From NCBI GenBank assembly GCA_019057375.1, contig DXJF01000152.1, positions 1-25,957 of the forward strand: a DNA stretch of 25,957 bases, given 5' to 3'. Shown piece after piece: positions 7,660 to 15,594 of the stretch. Position 1 is the first letter of the stretch, and every line of letters begins with the position of its first letter. The notes under the pieces were generated by a model. The model saw only the letters and a list, made by a program, of their open reading frames with translations, did no database searches and was not told where the DNA came from. The position numbers and the translations under genes are program-made. The DNA is from Candidatus Heimdallarchaeota archaeon. GTDB taxonomy: Archaea > Asgardarchaeota > Heimdallarchaeia > Heimdallarchaeales > Heimdallarchaeaceae.

Positions 7660-8655
7660 TCATTCTAATAATCCATCTTCTTTCAAGGATTCAAGGATTT
7701 CAGAGATTTCGTCTTGTAATTGGTCGATTTTTTCGTCCTTAGCTTTTTTAGATTTCTGTGTTTTCCTTCTTTCTTCAACTACATCCTTTAGAGAACTACC
7801 ATCTGGAAGTTCAACAAGAGTTCCACCAACTCTTGAAATTTCGTCACTAATTGTTTCTAATTGAGCTTCAGATTCATCAAATACTTCTTTGTCAGGTAAC
7901 ATAGAAGATAAGTCAGAAACTTTTGATTCTTCCTCAGAAGGCTTTAAAGAACCAAGATCATTTAAACCAAGTTGGTGTAATAGCTTAGATTCATCTAAAT
8001 CTAGATCAGCTAAAGGTACTGATGTAAACTGATCAATAGTAGTTTGATCTGGACTAACAGGGGTTTCTTCAAAATGTAGAGCAGCAGTTTCTTTCTGTTT
8101 GCAGTGGTGATCTTCAGTTATTGGATGATGTTTCCCACAATATGGACAAACGGTCTCATGTAGCGTTTGAATGTGGACTCCTAAAGCTCTTTGATCATGG
8201 GTTACAAAACCACAGAACGAACACTTCAGTAGAGGTACGAAGTTTTCTGAAGCAACAAATTCATCAAAATTAGCATAGAGATACCACAATAGAGAAATTC
8301 TGACCGCTTTAGAAGTTGACCAGCCTGTTTTTTTCTTAATAGACATCAAACTTTCTCGACTAACTTGATCTTTTAATCGAAAAGAAAGCTTTGCTTCTCG
8401 TTTTTTCTTTGACTCTTCTTCATAGCGTTTCATCAGAAGAACTTCCAATTTGATATAATCATTAAGTTCCTCTATTATGTTAATTCGGCTTTTCATTTTT
8501 CTTACTCTTAATGCTAAATCATCAAGAGAAAGTGTTATAATCTGACTAGCTCCCCCGAACTGTTGTGATTGTTCCAGAACTGCATCTTTGAAATTACTAG
8601 GAACATTTATTGTATAAACATTTGAAGCTCTATTTCCGCTTGTTTTTGGAGGCAT
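7660..8655 (-). CDS. Putative DNA-binding protein: two RHH-like motifs, a C2H2 zinc finger, a second Zn motif and an acidic tail
   Basis: VYTINVP...ASQIITLSLDDL and KLSFRL...STSKAVRISL are RHH-like; C-x2-C-x12-H-x4-H; CPYC..HHC. The ORF opens at GTG 8664; ATG 8655 is preceded by an AGGTGA RBS. Confidence 0.75.
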   Translation of the reverse strand: MPPKTSGNRASNVYTINVPSNFKDAVLEQSQQFGGASQIITLSLDDLALRVRKMKSRINIIEELNDYIKLEVLLMKRYEEESKKKREAKLSFRLKDQVSRESLMSIKKKTGWSTSKAVRISLLWYLYANFDEFVASENFVPLLKCSFCGFVTHDQRALGVHIQTLHETVCPYCGKHHPITEDHHCKQKETAALHFEETPVSPDQTTIDQFTSVPLADLDLDESKLLHQLGLNDLGSLKPSEEESKVSDLSSMLPDKEVFDESEAQLETISDEISRVGGTLVELPDGSSLKDVVEERRKTQKSKKAKDEKIDQLQDEISEILESLKEDGLLE

Positions 8656-8765
8656 TATTCTCACCTTACATGTATTATTTGCGTATTATGTGATTCAATT
8701 TTACATTTTTTAAAGGTTTTGCCTTAACTAGGTTTTGTGATTCGCAAGACATCTAGTGTTTAAAC

Positions 8766-8778
8766 AAAAGTAATATTA
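8766..8778 (+). promoter_or_regulatory. BRE/TATA-like element (AAAAG-TAATATTA) about 23-35 nt upstream of the candidate sRNA
   Basis: Position matches archaeal promoter geometry if transcription starts near 8801. Confidence 0.4.
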
Positions 8779-8800
8779 GATGCTATCTAGATGTTCATTT

Positions 8801-8870
8801 GAGAGTTGATGATGTTCATGCACTACATTAAACGAGAGTAATGCAATAAAAACGGGGAGCTGAAACTCTC
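8801..8870 (+). ncRNA. Candidate C/D-box guide sRNA
   Basis: 7-bp terminal inverted repeat GAGAGTT/AACTCTC, box C TGATGA (8807-8812), box D CTGA (8860-8863), internal hairpin CATTA/TAATG at the D'/C' position, 70 nt long, intergenic. Confidence 0.6.
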
Positions 8871-8871
8871 T

Positions 8872-9318
8872 CTATTTTCCATCAACAGTTACATTAATTG
8901 GAATTCCTGCGTCTATACTTCCACTTACTATACAGTAATTCCTGAAAATATCTACACACTTGATATACTGAGCAGCTTCCTTGCTTTCAAGTTCAGGTTC
9001 TAGATTTACATCTATTTTGGATATTCTCCAAAATCCTTCCTCGTTTCTTTCTCTTGTAAACTTTACTTTGGTTTTCAAGTTTGTTACTTCCAGCTTCTTC
9101 TTTGTGATACAAAATATAAGAGAAGCTGATAGACAATTCCCTACTGCTGCGGCTAGAAGCATGGATGCTGTTGGTCCAAGTCCTTCTCCACCTGGAATTT
9201 CTTCTGATTCATCTAGAAGAAGATCTGGAATTGTACTTTTACCAAAATCTACTTCAAATTTGTAATTATCTTTTTTAATCATATTAATCTCATATTCAAA
9301 ACTCTCTATGTTAGACAT
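8872..9318 (-). CDS. OsmC/Ohr family peroxiredoxin-like protein
   Basis: GP.ASMLLAAAVGNC and YCIVSGSI: the two conserved Cys of the family. Confidence 0.9.
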   Translation of the reverse strand: MSNIESFEYEINMIKKDNYKFEVDFGKSTIPDLLLDESEEIPGGEGLGPTASMLLAAAVGNCLSASLIFCITKKKLEVTNLKTKVKFTRERNEEGFWRISKIDVNLEPELESKEAAQYIKCVDIFRNYCIVSGSIDAGIPINVTVDGK

Positions 9319-9349
9319 CTCATATCACCTCTAAAACAATAAAAAATCA

Positions 9350-10273
9350 TTATCCAGAAATAAGTATATCATCTAGAACCTCTTCTAAATCGGGCCTATC
9401 TGGTGGATCACCTGGTTTCTCAAATTCCCCTTCAGTTATAGCATCACTAAGGTCAAGATCAATCTTACCCTTTCTTCTTGAAGGACCTGATACCACCATT
9501 GTTCCACTAAGATTTTCAATTTTGTCATTGATTTCCATTACAAGATTTACCAATTTTGTAATTTGCTCATTACTGAAACCAGATACTGAAAGCAGGTCTG
9601 TTTTAGCTTGTTCTTCAAAACTTGTGACAGATTCACTTGTTGCTACTGCAATAGTTTTTGAATCAGGTTCTATATCATTTTCAATTATAGCTCCGCGTTT
9701 TTTAGGAGTTGACATCGCTTTAGCAGCTTTGGCAGCTAGTGCTTCGGTTGGGAAAAGTTCAGTTAATTCTGTTAAAACTTGAGCTTGATTAGCTTCGTTA
9801 AGGAGAATTATTTTATCCTTTAAACCATCTCTTTCATCAATTATATCTTCAAATTCATTCTCTAAAGCATCATATTTATCTTTTACAAGTTTATTTTCTT
9901 GATTGAGAAGTTTGATTAATTTAATTAGTTTAGGTAAGCTGCGAGCAAGTTCTGTTGCATTATTCTGCATCTCAGAATATCTTGCTGCAGAAACTAGTTT
10001 TACTCCTTTCTTATTTTGCTGTTTGAATTCTTCTTCTAAACCCTCAACTCTTTTTTTAAGATCCCTATTTTGAAAAAGAAGTCTTTCAACAAGAAGTTTG
10101 ACCTTCCTAAGTGCTTCAAGAAGAATTCGGTTTCGTTCTTGTAGTTCCTTTACATCTGATTCAGTGAAACTTTTCTGGCCTAGAATCTCATCAATGTCCT
10201 CATTTTCCTCGTCGTAAGATTGTTGGATTTTTTCCATGAGCTTATCTTCAGGATTTAGACCAGTGAAACGCAT
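9350..10273 (-). CDS. Hypothetical coiled-coil protein with a duplicated leucine-zipper-like segment
   Basis: Heptad-rich N-terminal half, low-complexity linker and an acidic C-terminal helix. Confidence 0.75.
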   Translation of the reverse strand: MRFTGLNPEDKLMEKIQQSYDEENEDIDEILGQKSFTESDVKELQERNRILLEALRKVKLLVERLLFQNRDLKKRVEGLEEEFKQQNKKGVKLVSAARYSEMQNNATELARSLPKLIKLIKLLNQENKLVKDKYDALENEFEDIIDERDGLKDKIILLNEANQAQVLTELTELFPTEALAAKAAKAMSTPKKRGAIIENDIEPDSKTIAVATSESVTSFEEQAKTDLLSVSGFSNEQITKLVNLVMEINDKIENLSGTMVVSGPSRRKGKIDLDLSDAITEGEFEKPGDPPDRPDLEEVLDDILISG

Positions 10274-10403
10274 TTTCTATTCACAACGATGCTATAATGA
10301 TTCTGTTCTTCCCCTTAAAAAAAATTTGCTTATTGTAAGAATTGTTTAAAATAGTTTTCACACAAGTGGAAAATTTTATTTCCAGATTAATATATGATAC
10401 TCT

Positions 10404-10652
10404 ATGACTGTCTCAGCGTATATATTCTTCATTGTGGACTTAGGAAAAACACAAGAAGTAGTTAATGCCCTAAGAGAAATCCCCAATATTGTTAATGTTG
10501 CAGTAGTTACTGGAGAATTTGACATTGTTGCAAGAATTTTAGTTGAAGATTTAGAAGAATTATTCCATGTAACTACAGAAAAAATACATTTGATTGAAGG
10601 AATTTCAGATACACAAACATCTGTAATTGAGAAAGAAGTTCTAAAAGAGTGA
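10404..10652 (+). CDS. Stand-alone Lrp/AsnC ligand-binding (RAM) domain protein
   Basis: AYIFF.V..G....V...L..IP.I..V.VVTGEFDIV...I..I.GI.DT.T pattern; no HTH. Confidence 0.9.
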   Translation: MTVSAYIFFIVDLGKTQEVVNALREIPNIVNVAVVTGEFDIVARILVEDLEELFHVTTEKIHLIEGISDTQTSVIEKEVLKE

Positions 10653-10657
10653 AATAA

Positions 10658-11947
10658 ATGCCAGCTCCAGAAAATCGTCCAGTAAGTAGATTTCGAAAAA
10701 AGAGCACTTTTTATTTACTGTCAATAGCAAGTGGAATAATAACAAGTATCTATGTAGTCTTAGATGATTATGTAAATTTTGAAATGATTACAAATCCATT
10801 TGTTTTTGGAGCTTTTGAAATGGTTGTAGGTTTCATTGTCACTTTTTTAGTTGTATTAGCACTTCATATACCTGGAAAAAGTAGAACAAGGCTTGGAAGA
10901 AAATTTAACTTAGGATATAAGCTAGATGGAAACTTCCAAAGACTAAAACTACCAACAGGAAAAATAGCTATTTATACATTGCTTGCAGGAATATTTGCAA
11001 CAGGGGCAACAATTCTCTATTTCTATCTAATGAGTAAAAATGGATCATCTGTGATAATGCCATTTAGTCAATTCGTGCTAATATACCTACTAATTGGTGA
11101 TGCAATTTCTGATAGAGAAAAGCCAGTTATTGTTGAAATTCAGTCAATCGCTATGATAGCTTTTGGTGTAATAATTGCATCTGTTTCAGGACTAGGTAGT
11201 GGTGGTTCCTTTACTGATTTCCTACTAAATGTGTTTATGATTGTGGGACCATTTTCATTGTTTTCAGCACTCTATATTTTCTTCCAAAAGAAAGCTTTGA
11301 CTACCAAGGATAAGCAAGGTAAATTTTATGATTCCATCAACTTAAGAATTTGGACAATGTTAATAATAACTATTGGTCAAGTAGTAGCAGCATCTCCTGC
11401 ACTCTCAAAGGGAGGTTTTTCTGAGGTCAGCAATTCTTGGAAAATAGCTTTGACTCCAGTAATTTTTTCAATGTTATTGGCATTTCTATCAATTGTTTTC
11501 TACACAAGAGCTCTTACAATGGGTAAGATGTCTATTGTCAGAGCTTTGAGCAGTGTTAGTGTTGTAACAACTTTTCCCATTATTGGTATAGCTAGTATCT
11601 GGTTACCGAATATTTTTGGTTTTGGGGGAGAAAATCTTGTACTTGATATTGTGCTGAAACTATCAGGTTCATTTCTAATATTAATCGGAGTTATTGCTTT
11701 AGCATTATCAGAAACCAAAAGTATCCTTCTAGCGAAAGCAAAACAAGGATTTGCCATAAAAGTTGAAGAATTAACTAAAATAAAAGGAATAGAAAGTGTA
11801 TCATTTATTACAGGACAATATGATTTGCTAATCAACATCAAGATGCGAAGCATAGGTAAAGCTTTTAGTTTAGTTGAAAAATCAATTGCAAAATTGCCGT
11901 GGATTGATGATGTAATAACATTTCAAATAATGAAAGAATATGAATAA
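10658..11947 (+). CDS. DMT/EamA-like multi-pass membrane protein with a C-terminal Lrp/AsnC RAM domain
   Basis: About 10 TM helices; SVIMPFSQ and KMSIVRALSSVSVV are DMT-like. The last 78 aa (from 11711) align with the upstream RAM protein (ITGQYDLL vs VTGEFDIV). Confidence 0.8.
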   Translation: MPAPENRPVSRFRKKSTFYLLSIASGIITSIYVVLDDYVNFEMITNPFVFGAFEMVVGFIVTFLVVLALHIPGKSRTRLGRKFNLGYKLDGNFQRLKLPTGKIAIYTLLAGIFATGATILYFYLMSKNGSSVIMPFSQFVLIYLLIGDAISDREKPVIVEIQSIAMIAFGVIIASVSGLGSGGSFTDFLLNVFMIVGPFSLFSALYIFFQKKALTTKDKQGKFYDSINLRIWTMLIITIGQVVAASPALSKGGFSEVSNSWKIALTPVIFSMLLAFLSIVFYTRALTMGKMSIVRALSSVSVVTTFPIIGIASIWLPNIFGFGGENLVLDIVLKLSGSFLILIGVIALALSETKSILLAKAKQGFAIKVEELTKIKGIESVSFITGQYDLLINIKMRSIGKAFSLVEKSIAKLPWIDDVITFQIMKEYE

Positions 11948-12040
11948 AAAGAAAAGAGAACAGGATTATTTGTAACATTCTTTCAACTTCTTATGAGAAA
12001 AATCTAAATAGTTATTTGATTTGTTAAAAGATGAATTGTA

Positions 12041-13171
12041 ATGGAAGTTTTTGATATTCACAGTAAAAAGGGAGAGAAAGTTTTTGGTTATATTGACATG
12101 TTGGAGTATCCACATGGGACAAAAGAGAGATTACCAATTTGCTTGATTGAAGGCCTAGAGGAAGGTCCTACTTTCCTTTTAACAGGTAATATTCATGGAA
12201 ATGAACTTCATGGTTTGGTAACTCTTCAGGAAATAATTCAAGAAGTAGACCCTACACAAGTTAAAGGAACATTAATTATAATACCGTCGTTGAATCCTGC
12301 TGGATTATTGGTAATGACTCGAACACCACTTTATGTGAGTACAGATCCTAACAGACTATGGCCAGACCCAAAACCCAAGAAGAAACCTCAGTTAAAGTAT
12401 GAAGATATTTATGATGAAAATCTTGACCCAGAAAAACATCCAAACATCCAGGAGAAGTTTTACACCAAATTTGCAAAAATATTTGATCAAGTAGATTATT
12501 TCATTGATCTCCATTGTCATGCTATTCGTTCTTTACCATTCTCATACCTAGACCGAGTATATTACGATGAAAAAAACGAAACTCAGAAGGAAGAATCACA
12601 AAAACTATTTAATAAGACAAAAAAACTAGTTGAAGCATTTGGTTTTACTTTAGTGTTAGAGGGACCTCCTAAATATTATTTCAAGGAAAACCTGCAAAGG
12701 TCTACAACTGGTAGCTTTGTAAATAAATATCGGAAACCAGGATTTACCGTCGAATTGGGAGCTTCTGGTTATGTAGAGACAGACATTGTAGCCAGTGCCA
12801 AAATTGGTGTCTGGAACGTATTAAAATATACAGGTATGATTGAAGGAAATTTAGTAGAAGTAACTGATTTTCCAGTATTAGATGAAAAAATGTGGCGAGA
12901 GATTTTGATTAGAACTTCACATTCTGGTTTCTTTGTTCCTCTTGTGAAAGCTGGAGAAATCGTTGAAAAAGGAATTCCAATTTTTGAAGTTAGAGATATT
13001 TTTGGTAAAATCAAAGAAACCATTGTAGCACCAGATTATGGAACAATTCTAGGAATCTGGGATGACATCAGATGTTATCCAAATCAGGAAATTGCAGTTT
13101 TCTTAGTTGATAACACAATAGACCTTGTTTTACCTTGGGAATACGAGAAAAAAGAAGAGAAAAAGGAGTAG
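12041..13171 (+). CDS. Succinylglutamate desuccinylase/aspartoacylase family (M14) zinc hydrolase
   Basis: GNIHGNE (HxxE), DPNR, DLH, FTVELG, and a C-terminal barrel-sandwich-like segment. Confidence 0.9.
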   Translation: MEVFDIHSKKGEKVFGYIDMLEYPHGTKERLPICLIEGLEEGPTFLLTGNIHGNELHGLVTLQEIIQEVDPTQVKGTLIIIPSLNPAGLLVMTRTPLYVSTDPNRLWPDPKPKKKPQLKYEDIYDENLDPEKHPNIQEKFYTKFAKIFDQVDYFIDLHCHAIRSLPFSYLDRVYYDEKNETQKEESQKLFNKTKKLVEAFGFTLVLEGPPKYYFKENLQRSTTGSFVNKYRKPGFTVELGASGYVETDIVASAKIGVWNVLKYTGMIEGNLVEVTDFPVLDEKMWREILIRTSHSGFFVPLVKAGEIVEKGIPIFEVRDIFGKIKETIVAPDYGTILGIWDDIRCYPNQEIAVFLVDNTIDLVLPWEYEKKEEKKE

Positions 13172-13179
13172 AAATATTT

Positions 13180-13860
13180 CTAATCTTCTTCTATTTCCAT
13201 TGTTATTACTTTATAGTCGGGTAATTTACTCTTGAATTCTTCAATGAATGAAAGTTGCCCTATTCCTCGCCCTATGTGCATAGGAATGGTAATTTCAGCA
13301 TCTATTGCCTTAGCTGCTTCAACAGCTTCATCAACATCCATCACATATGTTCCTGAAATAGGTACTAAAGCAATAGTTGGTTTTAAACCATCCATCTCAG
13401 GAATTTTATCTGTATCTCCTGCATGATAAACAGTGATGCCATCAATATCCAAAATTGGACCAATATGACCAGATTCTTTGGGATGGAAAGGAGTTTTAGT
13501 TTCGGGATCTCTAAATCTATGAATGTTATAAGCTGCGATGGCAGAAATCTTAATTCCTTCAATTTCTAGAGAATCACCAGGGTTTAGCTCTTTCATTTCT
13601 TTCTTCTGAGCAATTTCCTCTTCAAATATCTCTTGAACAATTGCTGGTCCAAGTAGGATTGTTTCGTTTGTTGAGACTTTGTTGATTGCTTCAGGATTGC
13701 AATGATCAAAGTGTTCATGACTACTTATCACAATATCAGCTTTAGGTAAATCAGTTTTACCTAACTTATATGGATCAATATAGATGTTTTTACCCTTTGC
13801 TTTAATCAAAAAAGCATCATGCCCTAACCAATGAATTTTGATTCCTTCATACTCAAACAT
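13180..13860 (-). CDS. MBL-fold metallo-hydrolase (UPF0173/beta-lactamase_3-like)
   Basis: WLGH..F, IYIDPY, SHEHFDH, YHAGDT and PMH motifs. Confidence 0.92.
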   Translation of the reverse strand: MFEYEGIKIHWLGHDAFLIKAKGKNIYIDPYKLGKTDLPKADIVISSHEHFDHCNPEAINKVSTNETILLGPAIVQEIFEEEIAQKKEMKELNPGDSLEIEGIKISAIAAYNIHRFRDPETKTPFHPKESGHIGPILDIDGITVYHAGDTDKIPEMDGLKPTIALVPISGTYVMDVDEAVEAAKAIDAEITIPMHIGRGIGQLSFIEEFKSKLPDYKVITMEIEED

Positions 13861-13888
13861 AGTAATCGATTAAAAGGAAAAATAGACA

Positions 13889-13896
13889 TATATAAA
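13889..13896 (-). promoter_or_regulatory. TATA box TTTATATA
   Basis: Consensus archaeal TATA about 28 nt upstream of ATG 13860, consistent with a leaderless or short-leader mRNA. Confidence 0.65.
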
Positions 13897-13929
13897 GGTT
13901 CTATCAAAAGAAGAAAGAAGAATAAAATA

Positions 13930-15459
13930 TTAGTATACTCTCTTACCTTTAACAAAGACAAATATTTCTTCAGGAACTATATGAACTTTAATTTTATCTC
14001 CTACTTTCTTCTTAACATATTCTTCAGTACGTTCAATAACATCTACTAGAAGAATTGTACCATCTTCTAATAATCCTGTTAATTTTACTTCAGTTCCGAG
14101 ATATTCGATTGTGTTGATCTCGATTTCAATAGTGCTTTCAGATTCCTTATTTAGCAGAATATTCTCGGGTCTAATAACAAGGTCAACCTTTGTTTCTGCG
14201 GGTAGAACTTCTTTAGTAGCGATTATAATCTGATCTCCACCCTTAAGCTCAACAACATTAGTTTTTATCACTTTTCCTGAAACTGTACTTGAACTTCCAA
14301 CAAATTGTGCGACGAATAATGTCTTAGGATCTGTGAAAACATCTAGAGGAGTTCCATATTGTTCAATAAAACCAATATTCATAACTGCAATCCTATCACT
14401 AATTGCAAGAGCTTCTGCCTGGTCATGGGTCACATAAACTGCGGTCATACCAATTTTCTTTATGATAGAACGAATTTCAGTTCTTAACTCCTTTCTTAGT
14501 TTAGCATCAAGATTACTCAAAGGTTCATCACATAAGAGAATATCAGGTTCTACAACGATACTTCTAGCAAGAGCAATACGTTGTTGTTGTCCTCCAGAAA
14601 GCTCTGTTGGATGTTTTTCAGCTTGATCTGCAAGTTGAACTAATTCTAACACTTTTTCTACTTTTTCCTTTCTAAAGTGGAACGCTGGATCCAAAGCAGC
14701 TTTTGCATCTAGATATTTTGCTTTTCTGTTAACCCAGAAATAAGGTTTTGTAATCCAGAAGAATTTAAGTAAAGGATTTTTTCTTATCTTAGTTCTCTCA
14801 TATTTAGTTTTTCTACTTGAAATCCACTCTGGAAGCTCTTTAATGATAATTTCATAATGAAATCTAATTGTTGCTTGTAAAGCCCCTAGTAAGAATTTCG
14901 CTAGTCGGTAGATTGAATTTAGACTATATTTCAGTTTGAATTCAGATATATCTTCTGGAATTTTGAAAACTTGAAGAATATCTTCAACTGTAAAGTGCCA
15001 AACTTCTTTTGCCGCTTTACCAACAATGAACTCCTTCAAGTTTTCTGCAGTCTTAGCTAGTTCTTCAGATGCCCCATAACTATTGAAATCAAGTCCTTCT
15101 ATGTCTCCTTTAGAATTGATATCAGCAATATAAACGATTTGCTTTTTTAATCGAAGCTTTAAACCATATTCAACATTCTTAAAAATGGTTAAATGGGGCC
15201 ACAATGCATAATTTTGGAAAATCATGGCAGTATTGCGATTTTGAGGAGGAAGATAAGTTATTTCTTTATCACCAAGATAAATTTGTCCTTCAAAGGGTTC
15301 AACAAAACCAGCGAGAGCTCTTAGAAGTGTAGATTTTCCACAACCAGAAGGTCCCAACAGAGTTGTTATTTCTCCATCGTGAATATTTAGAGTTATATTG
15401 TCTATAGCAACAAAATCATCATAAGCAATACTCACTTTATCATACTTAACAGAAACCAT
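13930..15459 (-). CDS. ABC transporter ATP-binding subunit (PotA/MalK-like, C-terminal TOBE-like domain) with a ~155-aa insertion
   Basis: Walker A GPSGCGKS, Q-loop FQNYAL, signature LSGGQQQR, Walker B/D-loop LLCDEPLSNLD, H-loop VTHDQ. The ORF opens at GTG 15471; ATG at 15459. Confidence 0.92.
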   Translation of the reverse strand: MVSVKYDKVSIAYDDFVAIDNITLNIHDGEITTLLGPSGCGKSTLLRALAGFVEPFEGQIYLGDKEITYLPPQNRNTAMIFQNYALWPHLTIFKNVEYGLKLRLKKQIVYIADINSKGDIEGLDFNSYGASEELAKTAENLKEFIVGKAAKEVWHFTVEDILQVFKIPEDISEFKLKYSLNSIYRLAKFLLGALQATIRFHYEIIIKELPEWISSRKTKYERTKIRKNPLLKFFWITKPYFWVNRKAKYLDAKAALDPAFHFRKEKVEKVLELVQLADQAEKHPTELSGGQQQRIALARSIVVEPDILLCDEPLSNLDAKLRKELRTEIRSIIKKIGMTAVYVTHDQAEALAISDRIAVMNIGFIEQYGTPLDVFTDPKTLFVAQFVGSSSTVSGKVIKTNVVELKGGDQIIIATKEVLPAETKVDLVIRPENILLNKESESTIEIEINTIEYLGTEVKLTGLLEDGTILLVDVIERTEEYVKKKVGDKIKVHIVPEEIFVFVKGKRVY

Positions 15460-15500
15460 ATTTCTCAACACTTTATGACTTGAGAATGAATAATAGAGAT

Positions 15501-15516
15501 AAATATAAAAAGCTTT
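15501..15516 (-). promoter_or_regulatory. Archaeal BRE+TATA promoter (AAAGCTTTTTATATTT on the minus strand)
   Basis: Identical to 1529-1544; lies upstream of the ABC ATPase. Confidence 0.6.
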
Positions 15517-15594
15517 TCTGAACTCCTTCTTTCTCTTAATCGTTTAGAATTCATCCCGAAAGATTTTTGATTTTGGTAAACCAAAGTTTTTGTC

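Noticed and set aside
8749-8795. ACATCTAG/CTAGATGT inverted repeat between the RHH gene and the sRNA candidate
   Set aside because: The arms are about 30 bp apart with no second instance in the window; possible operator but unsupported.
8981-9782. ORFs 8981-9265 (+) and 9522-9782 (+)
   Set aside because: Ser-rich antisense shadows of the osmC-like and coiled-coil genes.
11500-14049. ORFs 11500-11853 (-), 12769-13023 (-), 13232-13426 (+) and 13831-14049 (+)
   Set aside because: Antisense to confident genes, with composition typical of reverse-strand artefacts.
14674-15150. ABC insertion as an intein or intron
   Set aside because: No Cys/Ser first residue, no His-Asn end, no LAGLIDADG motif, and no obvious bulge-helix-bulge seen.
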